A DNA stretch of 64,000 nt. Source: Squalus acanthias. Its lineage: Eukaryota. Below, piece by piece: positions 39,090-51,705 of this stretch (positions within the stretch are counted from its first letter, which is position 1; every line of letters begins with the position of its first letter). Under the pieces are notes generated by a model. That model searched no databases and was not told the origin of the DNA. It saw only the letters and a program-made list of their open reading frames with translations. The translations under genes were made by a program, and so were the position numbers. The stretch covers positions 8,186,001-8,250,000 of the forward strand of contig CM059433.1 in NCBI GenBank assembly GCA_030390025.1. Reading direction: 5' to 3'.

Positions 39090-42072
39090 AATGGCAGGGG
39101 GTTGGGAACCTGTGCAGGGAGACAGAGAAAAGGGAAACAAGGATAGAAGCAAAAGATTGGAAGGAGAAAAGCAAAAGTGGAAGGCAGAGAAATCAAGGGT
39201 GTAAATCAAACAGGGCCACAGTTAAAAATAATTCTAAAAGGACTAAGAGTGTTAAAAAAACAAACCTGAAGGCTTTGTGTCTTAATGCGAGGAGCATTCG
39301 TAATAAGGTGGATGAATTAGCTGCGCAAATAGATGTAAATGGATACGATATAATTGGGATTACGGAGACATGGCTCCAGGGTGACCAAGGCTGGAAACTC
39401 AACATCCAGGGGGATTCAATATTCAGGAAGGACAGGCAAAAAGGAAAAGGAAGTGGGGTAGCGTTGCTGGTTAAAGAGGAGATTAACACAATAGTAAGGA
39501 AGGACATTAGCTCGGATGATGTGGAATCTGTATGGGTAGAGATGCGAAATACCAAGGGGCAGAAAACGTTAGTGGGAGTTGTATACAGACCCCCAAACAG
39601 TAGTGCTGAGGTTGGGGATGGCATTAAACAGGAAATTAGAGATGCATGCAATAAGGGCACAGTAGTTATCATGGGTGACTTTAATCTGCATATAGATTGG
39701 GCTAACCAAATTAGTAACAATACTGTGGAGGAGGAATTCCTAGAGTGTATATGGGATGGTTTCCTGGACCAATATGTCGAGGAACCAACTAGAGATCAGG
39801 CCATCTTAGACTGGGTATTATGTAATGAGAAAGGATTAATTAGCAATCTTGTCATGCGAGGTCCCTTGGGGAAGAGCGATCATAATATGGTTGAATTCTT
39901 CATTAAGATGGAGAGTGACGTAGTTGACTCAGAGACTAGGGTCTTGAATTTAAATAAAGGAAACTACGATGGTATGAGGCGTGAGTTGGCTAGGATGGAT
40001 TGGGGAACGTTACTTAAAGGGTTGACGGTGAATAGGCAATGGCAAACATTTAAAGATCACAAAGATGAACTGCAGAATTTGTTCATCCCTGTTTGGCATA
40101 AAAATAAAACAGCAAATGTGGCTCAACCGTGGCTAACAAGGGAAATTAGGGATAGCATAAGATCCAAGGAGCAGACATATAAATTGGCCAGAAAAAGCAG
40201 CAAACCTGAGGATTGGGAGCAGTTTAGGATTCAGCAAAGGAGGACAAAGGGATTAATTAAGAGGGTGAAAATAGAGTATGAGAGTAAGCTTTCAGGGAAC
40301 ATAAAAACTGACTGTAAAAGCTTCTATAGATATGTGAAGAGAAAAAGATTAGTGAAGTCAAGCGTAGGTCCCTTGCAGTCAGAATCAGGGAAATTTATAA
40401 TGGGGAACAAAGAAATGGCTGACCAATGAAATACATACTTTGGTTCTGTCTTCACAAAGGAGGACACAAATAACCTCCCAGAGAGGTCGGGGAACATAGG
40501 GTCTAATGAGAGGGAGGAACTGAATGAAACCAGTATTTGGAGGGAAACGGTGTTAGGGAAATTGACGGGATTGAAGGCCGATAAATCCCCAGGACCTGAT
40601 AATCTACATCCCAGGGTACTTAAGGAAGTGGCCCTAGAAATAGTAGATGCATTGCTGGTCATCTTCCAAAATTCTATAGACTCTGGAACAGTTCCCATGG
40701 ATTGGAGGATAGCTAATGTAACCCCACTATTTAAAAAAGGTGGTAGAGAGAAAATGGGGAATTATAGATCAGTAAGCCTGACATCGGTAGTGGGGAAAAT
40801 GCTAGAGTCCATTATAAAAGATGTAATAGCAGAGCACTTGGAAAACAGTGACAGGATCGGACAAAGCCAACATGGATTTGCAAAAGGTAAATCATGCTTG
40901 ACAAATCTATTGGAATTTTTTGAGGATGTAACTGGTAGAATTGATGAGGGAGAACCAGTGGATGTGGTGTATTTGGACTTTCAGAATGCTTTCGACAAGG
41001 TCCCGCATAAGAGATTAGCATGCAAAGTTAAAGCACACAGGATTGGGGGTAAGGTACTGGCTTGGATAGAGAACTGGTTGGCAGACAGGAAGCAAAGAGT
41101 TGGAATAAATGGGTCTTTTTCCGAGTGGCAGGCAGTGACTAGTGGGGTACCACAGGGATCGGTGCTTGGACCCCAGCTATTCACAATATATATTAATGAT
41201 TTAGATGAGGGAACTAGATGTAATATCTCCAAGTTTGCAGACGACACAAAGCTGGGTGGGCGTGTGTGCTGTGAGGAGGATGCAGAGAAACTCCAGTATG
41301 ATTTGGACAGGTTGGGTAAGTGGGCAGAAGCATGGCAGATGCAGTATAATGTGGATAAATGTGAGGTTATCCACTTTGGTGGCAAAATCAGGAAGGCAGA
41401 TTATTATCTGAACGGCAATAGATTGGGAAAAAGGGAGGTGCAACGAGACCTGGGTGTCCTTGTGCACCAGTCGCTGAAGGTAAGCATGCAGGTGCAGCAG
41501 GCGGTTAAGATGGCAAATGGTATGTTGGCCTTCATAGCGAGAGGATTCGAGTACAGGAGCAGGGATGTCTTGCTGCAGTTTTACAGGCCTTGGTGAGACC
41601 ACACCTTGAGTATTGTGTGCATTTTTGGTCGCCTTATCTGAGGAAGGATGTTCTTGCCACGGAGGGAGTGCAGCGAAGATTCACCAGACTGATACCTGGG
41701 ATGGCAGGAATGATGTATGAAGACAGATTGGGTCGATAAGGCTTATACTCGCTAGAGTTTAGAAGAATGAAATGGGATCTCATTGAAACTTATAAAATTC
41801 TAACAGGACTAGACAGACTAGATGCAGGAAGGATGTTCCCGATGGCGGGTGAGTCCAGAACCCGGGGTCACAGTCTAAGGATAAGGGGTAAGCCATTTAG
41901 GACTGAGATGAGGAGGAACTTCTTCACCCAGAGAGTGGTGAACCTGTGGAATTCTCTACCACAGAAGGCAGTTGAGGCCAAATCATTAAGTATATTCAAG
42001 AAGGAGTTAGATACAGTTCTTAAGGCTAAAGGGATCAAGGGATATGGGGAGAAAGCAGGGACAGGGTACTGA
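39090..42072 (+). pseudogene. CR1 ORF2 (apurinic endonuclease plus reverse transcriptase), disrupted
   Basis: LNARSI, ITETWL, MGDFN and SDH (APE); PGPD, YLDFQ.AFDKV, GVPQGSVLGP and FADD (RT). In-frame TGA at 40427-40429, 1-nt deletion near 41587 and a further stop near 41738. Confidence 0.93.
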
Positions 42073-44091
42073 ATTTGGATGATCAGCCATGATCTTATTG
42101 AATGGTGGAGCAGGCTCGAGGGGCCGAATGGCCTACTCCTGCTCCTATCTTCTATGTTTCTATGTTTCTATGTGAGACATAATGGTACTCCCCACAATGG
42201 TGATGAGTGTGAAAGGAATGGCCTGGGCATTGTAGGGATGCTTTATGGTGTTGGTGTGGGGTGGTGCCAACCTGGCACATCATGTGGCAGCCAGGGTGTA
42301 CAGTATCAAGTGAAGTAAATCTGGCCATGGTGAGGCCATCCCTGGCGTCCCGGGCAGCAATGTGGTCGGGTGCTGACGCCCTGTGTCCTGTGCAGCATCA
42401 GGTGATTGCGGAGAAGGTTGGTGTTGTTGTTGGTGATGCTGGTGTGCCTGGTGCTGCTGGTGTTGGGGCTGATCGTGGTGGGATTCTGAGGACCAAGGTG
42501 AAATAGTTTCAAGGGCACCGATGCTGATGGAATAGATGGCAGGTGAGGTTGAGATGACAGAAGCGATCTGTCAATGGTGAGAGAGGTTGTTCCAATGAGG
42601 TGATACTGGATAGAGAGTTTGCTCCAAACATTTGCAAGCTGCATAAAGCTCAATCTGTCTTCCAAATGCAGTAAGCAACAGCTTCTGACCTTGGAAAGTG
42701 AACAGCTGTGAGATGGGAGCTTTTATGTAAAGTTAAGAAATCATCCCATGCTGACACACACCCGACCTCCTTACCTGACGTGATCCCCGAGCAGCGGGGA
42801 AGCCGTGAGCGATCTCTTAAAATCTAAAGGTGAGCTTAAAATAATCTCTTAATCATCTAAATTGCCTCCCCTGCCGCTTGGTGTTGGGTCTGTTCAGCGA
42901 TGACAGACCCAACATCTGGGAAACTAGCATGGTGGCAGGTTGACAGCGGGGACCCTACCCGTCATCAACATTTTTTTTCCCCAGTCGACCCGTCACCAAA
43001 CGCGCTGACACCCCCCACCCCGAAACATTCCCCCCCCTCTGTAATTCTATGTAATATTTTTTATAAACTGTGTTAAATGAAAACTGAGGGTGCTTATTGA
43101 AACTTTTTTTTCTTAGCTGTTTGTCCAGCACATTCCTAACCTAGCTGGCCCTGCCTTTTCCTCAGATTCAGTTGCAGCATCAAATGTGTGTGCGAGCGAC
43201 AGCCTATAGCGGCTGACACTGAGCCATGCACTGCTTCGGAAATGGTGCCAGTCTATTGCACAAAATACCAGACCTGGGGAGACATTCAGGAAATGCTTTT
43301 ACACTTGAAAATAAACATTCTCATTATTGTGTTTTTTTCTAGATCTTTTTTAATTTGCGTAGATTTAGTGATAAATCACACACGTCTATAACCAACACCA
43401 ATTAAGCAGTAGTGCCCCTCTAAATCCCAGTGAAACCAGTCAAGTATGTCTTCAGGTAGCATTAATGAGATTTGCACTGGGAGGCAGTCGATAACAAGGC
43501 TGTGGAGTCAGTGGAATTCACAATTAAATCCGGCGAGTGGGAAGTCTAATGTGTTGTTGTGCCTTCTGGGTGCCCACCATGGTAAGATGCACCTGCACCA
43601 CTCAACATGGCAGCTGTGGCGTGTGATGTACACGCCTGAATTACATCGGTCTATAGTTCATCTTAAGAACGACAACAGTGATTGCTTTTAAAGGCAATCC
43701 ATGTAGGCCAGGAAAAAAAAAAAACTTCGAGGAGAACTTTGGACTTAATGTCAAGCCCCAATGTACTGCTTCGCTCTTCATTCCCTTCATTGGATGACTT
43801 ACTCCGTCTTCAGGAGAAGAACATCAACCAGACAAACAGGTGCTTCATGGCTATCTGTGATTAATGGCTCTCAGCTCTGTAACTGTGATTCTTAAGTCTG
43901 AAATTTTTTGCAGTCGGTAAATAATCCCACCAAATACACAAGCCTGTCCAATCGGTCCTGTATGTAATTGTGAACTATGTCTTGTTTGTTAATACGGTGA
44001 TGAACATTTCAGGCCCTAACAGGTATGTTACCTTCTTAGGGCAAAGACTTCCTTTGTAAGGTAGATGTAGTAAAATCATAAACGTTATAAA

Positions 44092-44341
44092 AAATAAAAA
44101 AATAAAATGCTGGAGATACTCAGCAGGTCAGGCAGCATCTGTGAAGAGAGAAACAAAGCTAATGTTTCAGGTGGATGAGGAAGTGTAAATGACAATAGCG
44201 GAGCTGTACTTCCATAAACCCTGTTACATCTCTAACTTTTTTCCGGTTCTGATGAAAGGTCATCTCTGTTTCTCTCTCCACAGATGCTGCCGGACCTGCT
44301 GAGTATTTCCAGCATTTTCTGTTTTTCAGCTTTTGCTTTTG
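44092..44341. mobile_element. Fold-back Penelope-like terminal-repeat insertion
   Basis: Arms ~44104-44177 and ~44225-44335 are inverted; flanked by cataaac(g/t)ttataaa at 44077-44091 and 44342-44356. Confidence 0.72.
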
Positions 44342-44413
44342 CATAAACTTTATAAACCTGAATATAACTTTGCTACATGTAGCACACTGAGGAAACCTTT
44401 CCTCTGAACCTTA

Positions 44414-46160
44414 GGCTGCGATTTCACCGACCGAGGCGGGTCCGGGGTCGGTTACGCGGTCCTAGCCCGCTGCCTGCTCCAGCCTGCTCTGTTGAACTGA
44501 TTTCATGTTGATTGGGCTTGTTAAGCCCCGCCCAGTGAGGTTCCCGGCCAATTAAAAGGAAGCGGGTCTGATGACGACATTTGATGATGTGTCATCAGCC
44601 GGTTTCCTTAAAGGGACCATGGCCAAATTTACTTTGACAGTTGAGCTGTCAGTGTTCTACAGCATTGAGGTGCTGCAAACACTGACAATCACTGCACAAA
44701 GGAGCAGGGCTGCACCCAGGTTCTCCCATGACTCCCTCCATATGCTTATGGAGGGAGTCACAGCACGCAGGGAGGTTCTCTTCCCTGCCAATGGGCGGAA
44801 GAGACCTCCCCAGGAGATCAACGCAGCCTGGTTGCACATTGCACAGGAGGACACAAGCAGGGATGTCGTCAGGAGGACCAGGCTGCAGTGGCGCGAACCT
44901 TTCAATGATCTCTGTACATCACGAAATGTTACTGCCAAGCCACACACAACCTCATCCTGCTGTGCCACTCATCACATCCCCATCACTCTACCTTCCCTAC
45001 CCTACTCCTGCACATCTTCACTCACACCAACTTACCTTGCACTTCCACCATCTCTCTCTATCCACATTATCACTTCCCATCTTACTAACCACCCCTCATC
45101 CTAGTGCAATCATACCAACTAACAACACACAAGGGTAGGCACTTGCATGCTTTAGCCAATGCTCATGTGAAGTTTCTGTTAATGTGCTGTCAAACATTGA
45201 AACCTTTATTTTCAACACTTTGCGTTCTTGGACAGATTTGTGTGCAACTTTGGAAGTGGCTTAGTGAGTTGCAGTGAATGGTGAGACATAACGGTACTCC
45301 CCACAATGGTGATGAGTGTGAAAGGAATGGCTTGGGCATTGTAGGGATGCTTTATAGTGTTGGTGTGGGGTGGTGCCAACCTGGCACATCATGTGGCAAC
45401 CAGTGTTTACAGCGTCAAGTGAAGTAAATCTGGCCATGGTGAGGCCATCCCTGGCGTCCCGGGCAGCAATGTTGTCGGGTACTGATGCCCTGTGTCCTGT
45501 GCAGCATCAGTTGATTGTGGAGAAGGTTGGTGTTGATGTTGGTGCTGTTGGTGTTCCTGGTGCTGCTGATCATGCTGGGATTCTGAGGACCAAGGTGAGA
45601 TTATTTTCAAGGGCACCGATGCTGATGGAATAGATGGCAGGTGAGGTTGAGATGACAGAAGCGACCTGTCAATGGTGAGAGAGGTTGTTCCAATGAGGTG
45701 ACACTGGATAGAGAGTTGGCTCCAAACACTTGCTAGCTGGATAAAGCTCAATCTGTCTTCCAAATGCAGTAAGCAACAGCTTCTAACCTTGGAAAGTGAA
45801 CAGCTATGAAATGGGAGCTTTTATAGACCATTTGCAACTGTCAAGTTAGTAAATCATCCCATGCTGACACAACACCCGACCTCCTTACCTGACGTGATCC
45901 CCGAGCAGCGGGGAAGCCGTTGGCAACCACTAAAAATCTAAAGGTGAGCTTAAAATAATACTTATTTGCCTCTTAACAATCCAGCTAATGATCTAAATTG
46001 CCTCTCCCACCGCTTGGTGTCGGGTCTGTTCAGCGCTGACAGACCCGACACCTGGGAGACTCGCGTGGAGGCGGGTTGACAGCGGAGTCCCGACCCGCTG
46101 TCAATCATTTCAAATTTCACAGCTGACCCGCCTCCGATCAGCGCCGGCAAAATTCCAGCC
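44414..46160 (+). mobile_element. Non-autonomous PIF/Harbinger derivative (sibling of 37641-43037 without the CR1)
   Basis: TIR-like ends ggctgcgattt / aaattccagcc; Myb/SANT-like ORF 44571-45104; transposase C-terminal motif on -. Flanks (tta / aaa) are not an exact duplication. Confidence 0.82.
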
Positions 46161-46671
46161 AAAGTTATGTTTGCCTCAAAGCTGCAAGTCTACTCTAAGA
46201 CCGTCAGCTACCCTTGATGTCCGTTTAAGTGAAACGTTAAATTTTTCTTAATTATCTCATTTTAATGCTGAAAACGTTTTTTTTCTTACAACTGAAGTGC
46301 GTCACAATCTGACATTATATACACAGTCTATACAAAGAGTCAGCTTCTGCTGCCCCAGTCAAGTCAGTGAACTGTAGCCATCACTTCACAGTGAAATGCC
46401 ACATCTTCAACCATGTTAGGATAGATATGCAGCAAGATTGAATAAGTTAACATATTGATCTTGGTTTCTCTCTCTCTCTTTGCTCTTTCACTCTTCCCCC
46501 TACCCATAGCGATGTTGAAACTCAGCCCTTTGCCACAGGAATGTTGCCTAGATGCCACTGCCCGCACGGAAATTTCCAGGATGGCAATAAAGAGTAATTG
46601 AGGGGCTGCAATTCCTGCTCTTTCTGATGTTGAAGCAGTTCTACCGCATCACCTCAGTGAGCTACACAGTA

Positions 46672-47125
46672 TTACAGAGTATTTACAGCACAGAAACAGG
46701 CCATTCGACCCAACAGGTCCATGCCAGCCTCCTCCCAACCTTCTTCATCCAACCCCATCAACATATCCTTCTATCCCTTTCTTCCTCATGTGTTTATCCA
46801 GCTTCCCCTTAAAGGCATCTATACTATTCGCTTCAACCACTCCCTGTGGTAGCGAGTTCCACATTCTCACCACTCTCTCGGTAAAGAAGTTTCTCCTGAA
46901 TTCCCAATTGGATTTATTATTGACTATCTTATACTTATGACCTCTAGTTCTGGACTCACCCGCAAGTGGAAACATCTTCTCTACATCTACCCTATCAAAC
47001 CCTTGCATAACCTTGAAGACCTCTATGATGTCACCCCTCAGTCTTCTCTATTCTAGAGAAAAAGAGCCTCAGTTTGTTCAATCTTTCCCGAGAGGTAGAA
47101 CCTCTCAGTTCTGGTATCATTCTAA
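46672..47125 (-). mobile_element. CR1 3' fragment
   Basis: ORF 46745-47008; same subfamily as 36875-37640. Confidence 0.88.
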
Positions 47126-47442
47126 TGGAGCTCGTTCCTTCCCCTCTGTCTCAGCCCAGACAATAACATGCAATCAAGAGGAATTAAACATAAATTCTAA
47201 AAAGTGAATGAAGAACAAAATTAACATTCCACCATGTCCCACCACCCATCTCCAATACGCAACTGACCTTGTTCCATTAAATAAAGGAGTACAGGTTCAT
47301 TATTTACTGTAATGAATCTGTGATTTCTATTGGGACAAAGATTGAGACTAACTTTTTTCTATTTTTTTCCCTCCTCTACCCCTCTATCAATTGCCCTATT
47401 ATTATACTATATGATTATCATCACTATATTTTCTTTACCAAT

Positions 47443-47980
47443 GTGCTGTGTACAATTTTGGTCTCCTTACCTAAGGAAGGATATACTTGCCATAAAGGGA
47501 GTGCAACGAAGGTTCATGAGATTGATTCCTGGGATGGCGGGACTGTCGTATGAGAAGAGATTGAGTAAACTAGGCCTGTATTCTCTTGAATTCAGAAGAA
47601 TGAGAGGGGATCTCATTGAAGCATACAAAATGATTACAGGGCTTGATAGAGTGGCTGCTGGGAGAATGTTTCCCTTGGCTGGGGAGTTTAGAACCAGGGT
47701 CCACAGCCTCAGGATAAAGGGTAGGCCATTCAGGACTGAGATGAGAAGAAATTTCTCCACACAGAGGGTGGTGAATCTTTGGAATTCTCTACCCCAGAGG
47801 GCTGTGGAGGCTCAGTCATTGGGTATATTCAAAACAGAAGTTGATAGATTTCTGACTAGTAAGGGCATCAAGGGATATGGCGATAGGGCCGGTGAATGGA
47901 GTTGAGGCCATGATCTCATTGAATGGCGGAGCAGGCTCGAAGGGCCGAATGGCCTACTCCTGCTCCTATTTCTTATGTTC
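47443..47980 (+). mobile_element. CR1 3' fragment
   Basis: CVQFWSPYLRKDILAI...NLWNSLPQRAVEA in ORF 47330-47905; hairpin and tail. Confidence 0.92.
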
Positions 47981-48835
47981 TGTTTCCAAAGCCCAGGTTA
48001 CACTGCACGGAGCTGCAGGTTTCAGGTGGGTAGCTGGCACTGAGCAGCACCGGGGGATGTTTATGGGATGTGGCAGTGCTGCAGGTGGTTCTGGGGCTTT
48101 TCAGTCACTGGTGGGGTGTTCTTGGGTTCTGTAGCATGGGGGCTGGGGATTCCTGGGGAGGGTGGAGGTCCCTGGGGTTCAGTAACACTGAAAGACAAGA
48201 ATTGAACCCAACCTGTCAGGCTGGGTTTGGAACGGAACACCAATTGACACTCAGCCCGGTTTTCAGCTCCGTTTCATGTCTGATCTGAGCCCGCCCCGTT
48301 CTCGGCGAGCAGGTTAGGTTCAAATGGGGGCCAAGGTTTGCCAGAATTGTGGAGGAAGAACATGAAGTTGGGCAGAACTCTGGGCAAAAATATCAACTCT
48401 AGGCCCAGGCTTTTGAGAAAGCTGAGGCTTTAATGCAAATTTTTTAATTTGATAGCATTACGTGGCACAAAAGACAATTCAGCGGATAAATTTAATCATG
48501 TTGTTGTAAAATAAGTATTTTTTTTGTTTTTTAAATTTATTTTAGTTAAACCTTTATTTTGGACATTGACTTCAATGGAAAAGAAAATCGGGCGTGATGT
48601 AAAACAGGCCGCTGATTGGCAATGAGCCTGTTTCACACGACTGGAGAAACCCAACTTCACCTCCTGTATATTTAAGAATACAGATCAATCTTTGCATTGA
48701 GCAAGAGGATTTTATTTTGTCAGCTAATGTAACATATTGCTTAAAGCAGAAATCAATATGAGGAGCGCAGCATCAGTACTATACAAATGAATAAACTTCA
48801 ACATAAACGTACACCTGATGACTCACCCTTATCTC

Positions 48836-49060
48836 AGTGAGTGGAACGAGCCTGTTTGTACAATTTGTGGAATCTCGGTTTGATTTTTTGGAGAGTTTCA
48901 ACTGCAAATCAGTCTCTACATTCGAGTTGGCTTCTAGACTTATTTTTTGATGTAAACAACTGAATAAAATCGCACTTCACACAGAAAGGTTGAGGTAAAG
49001 TGGGCAAGTATTCCAATGGCTCTTTGGGATAACTCAGGGAACTCTTTCTGAATTGACGGC
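48836..49060 (-). pseudogene. Decayed hAT (Charlie/Buster-type) transposase C-terminal dimerisation domain
   Basis: QKEFPELSQRAIGILAHFTSTFLCEVRFYSVVYIK, then across frameshifts NKSRSQL..VETDLQLKLS..IKPRFHKLYKQARSTH*, resembling the EYPEL...TYLCE.GFS...KQAH.SH* end of this family. Confidence 0.72.
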
Positions 49061-49109
49061 CCGAACTGATCAAGAGGCACGTTTCTCACAACAGAGTCAC
49101 TGTTGTGAC

Positions 49110-49517
49110 GACTTGAGCACATAAAGCCAGGCTCACACGCTCCTGGTGCAGTGCTGAGGGAGTGCCGCACTGTCGGAGGTGCCGTCTTTCGGATGAGACG
49201 TTAAACCGAGGTCCCGTCTGTTCTCTCAGGTGGAGGTAAAAGATCCCCATGGGCACTATTTCGAAAGAAGAGCAGGGGAGTTATCCCCGGTGCCCTGGGG
49301 CCAATATTTATCCCTCAACCAACATAACAAAAAATAAGATTATCTGGGTCATTATCACATTGCTGTTTGTGGGAGCTTGCTGTGCGCAGATTGGCTGCCG
49401 CGTTTCCCACATTCCAACAGTGACTCCACTTCAAAAAGTACTTCGTTGGCTGTAAAGAGCTTTGAGACGTCCGGTGGTTGTGAAAGGCGCTATAGAAATG
49501 CAAGTCTTTCTTTCTTT
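49110..49517 (+). mobile_element. DeuSINE lacking the tRNA head
   Basis: Deu domain and tail match 5856-6240. Confidence 0.87.
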
Positions 49518-50392
49518 ATGTTATCTTTCTGCAGCCTGAAAGGATTTCCCCTCCGTTTAAACCAAAAAAGCGGGGCTGTTAATGCCCAGTGTTGCTGGGT
49601 CCAGCTCTCTGAGGCCGACTCTGCATCTGAGGCACTCGGAGCTCTACAGCGTGGGTGGAAAGTACCGAGCACGCCAGGAATCTGCACACGGATTGTTTGC
49701 AAGGCTGACTCTGGCCAGGAACTGTGTCTAAATTCGGGATCCTCCCCACACTGCAACAGGGTTTAAATGCGAGTCTTTCATTTCTTTCTTCTTCTGGCAT
49801 AGTCGCTCAAATTCTCCTTCAGACTCTGGGCAATCGTGCCGTTTGCTACAAAGTCCTCTGAAAACAGATTTCGAACCCAGGCCAAACCCTACCACACTTT
49901 CAGGAAACATCGAGCAGGAACTTTAGCACAAACTATACATTGCGGTCGCCGATTTTTATCAGAAGCAGTAAATGTGAATCCCAAGTCCAAGCCGGGAAGA
50001 TGGTATTTCAAATTTTTTTTTTTTTTTACCCGGCTCCACTTGTTCCTTTCGCCGGATCAACATTCTCGACTTTGTGCGTCAAAAGTCATTCCATTGCTTC
50101 ACAATTTTCGAACACCAAAATGTCACAGTCTCCTCAGTTATGTCGCACGTGGGAGCTGGGGTGTTCGAAGCATTTGAATTTGAAAGGGTGGATCGTTGCT
50201 GCTATCAATTCAGGCAAGGTTCATCGGGACCGGTTGCGGACTATAATATTGGGAAGAGACATTGCTGACCTGGTGGATGCCTGCAGCTACCACCGAAGTA
50301 GCCTCACTCCACCTTCCTGCTATACTATGATAGACTGGCACTCAAAAGCCTGAATTTCTTTCAGTTCCCACTACGGAGCCAAGGATTGGGGT

Positions 50393-51092
50393 CCGAGGCT
50401 CCGTGCTGAGACCGCCCTATCCGAGGCTCCGTGCTGAGACCGCCCTATCCAAGGCTCTGTGCTGAGACCGACCTATCCGAGGCTCCGTGCTGAGTCCGAC
50501 CTATCCGAGGCTCCGTGCTGAGACCGCCCTATCCGAGGCTCCGTGCTGAGACCACCCTACCTGAGGCTCTGTGCTGAGACCATCCTATCCGAGGCTCCGT
50601 GCTGAGACCATCCTATCCGAGGCTCCGTGCTGAGACCACCCTATCCGAGGCTCCGTGCTGAGACCGTCCTATCCGAGGCTCCGTGCTGAGACAATCCTAT
50701 CCGAGGCTCCGTGCTGAGACCACCCTATCCGAGGCTCCGTGCTGAGACCGACCTATCCGAGGCTCCGTGCTGAGACCGACCTATCCGAGGCTCCGTGCTG
50801 AGACCATCCTATCCGAGGCTCCGTGCTGAGACCACCCTATCCGATGCTCCGTGCTGAGACCACCCTACCTGAGGCTCCGTGCTGAGACCACCCTATCTGA
50901 GGCTCCGTGCTGAGACCACCCTATCCGAGGCTCTGTGCTGAGACCGACCTATCCGAGGCTCCGTGCTGAGACCACCCTATCCGAGGCTCCGTGTTGAGAC
51001 CACCCTATCCGAGGCTCCGTGCTGAGACCACCCTATCCGAGGCTCCGTGCTGAGACCACCCTATCCGAGGCTCCGTGTTGAGACCACCCTAT
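50393..51092 (+). repeat. 28-bp minisatellite, ~25 copies, unit CCGAGGCTCCGTGCTGAGACCACCCTAT
   Basis: 700 bp of uninterrupted 28-mers; variation concentrated in the 2 nt after GAGACC and at CpGs. Confidence 0.97.
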
Positions 51093-51324
51093 CCCAGGCT
51101 GCATCAGTGTATACTTTGCCTTTGAATTTAAACTTAAATTTGCTTAGTTTAAAGAAATTCAGACTTTTGATGCACCTCCTCATGCCCTGCGAAGTTGCAG
51201 CGGTGACTCTTTCACAGCCAGCCTGTCCTCCCCAACATCCTTGTCATGCCCCCTCATAGGAGCACGCCCCCCAGTTTGGGAACCTCTTTTTTAGATAATG
51301 ATGGACAAACGGACGGACGGGTTT

Positions 51325-51705
51325 TGATCTGCCAAAATTCCCTAGCTTCTGAAATGGTCCCAGCAGATTGGAAGGTCGCAAATGTAACACTGCTATTCAA
51401 GAAAGGAGGGAGAGAAAAAACAGGGGACTACAGGCCAGTTAGCCTGACACCAGTCGTCGGGAAAATGCTCAGAGGGTTGTAAATCTTTGGAATTCTCTGC
51501 CCCAGAGGGCTGTGGATGCTGAGTCTTTGAATATATTCAAGGCTGAGATCGATAGATTTTTGGACTCCAGGAGAATCAAGGGATATGGGGATTGAACGGG
51601 AAAGTGAGATGAGGTCGAAGATCAGCCATGATCTTATTGAATGGTGGAGCAGGCTCGAGGGGCCGTATGGCCGACTCCTGCTCCTAATTCTTATGTTCTT
51701 ATGTT
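51325..51705 (+). mobile_element. CR1 fragment with a large internal deletion
   Basis: VPADWKVANVT..DYRPVSLTPVVGKML is joined directly to cagagggttgtaaatctttggaattc (3' end). Confidence 0.85.

Larger units (their letters stand above)
38536..42171 (+). mobile_element. Near full-length CR1 LINE, 5'-truncated within ORF1
   Basis: ORF1 esterase, ORF2 APE and RT, 3' hairpin and (tttctatg)n tail; 8-bp duplication gtgagaca at 38528-38535 and 42172-42179, single in the empty sibling near 45281. Confidence 0.96.
37641..43037 (+). mobile_element. Non-autonomous PIF/Harbinger derivative with a nested CR1
   Basis: TCT duplication at both ends (TIRs degenerate). Myb/SANT-like ORF 37747-38385 (AAPRLS..LMEGV..VLFP..AWLHIA..RKPFNDL). 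On the - strand, AARDARDGLTMARF near 42315-42358. Colinear with 44414-46160. Confidence 0.82.

Noticed and set aside
38536..42171. Active autonomous retrotransposon, or a novel RT-esterase system
   Set aside because: Esterase ORF1 plus APE-RT ORF2 is the known CR1 layout, and this copy is 5'-truncated with nonsense and frameshift lesions.
50393..51092. CRISPR-like array (28-bp repeats)
   Set aside because: Units are contiguous with no unique spacers, there are no cas genes, and the context is vertebrate. The partial likeness to a REST/NRSE half-site (TCAGCAC) lacks the GGACAG half.
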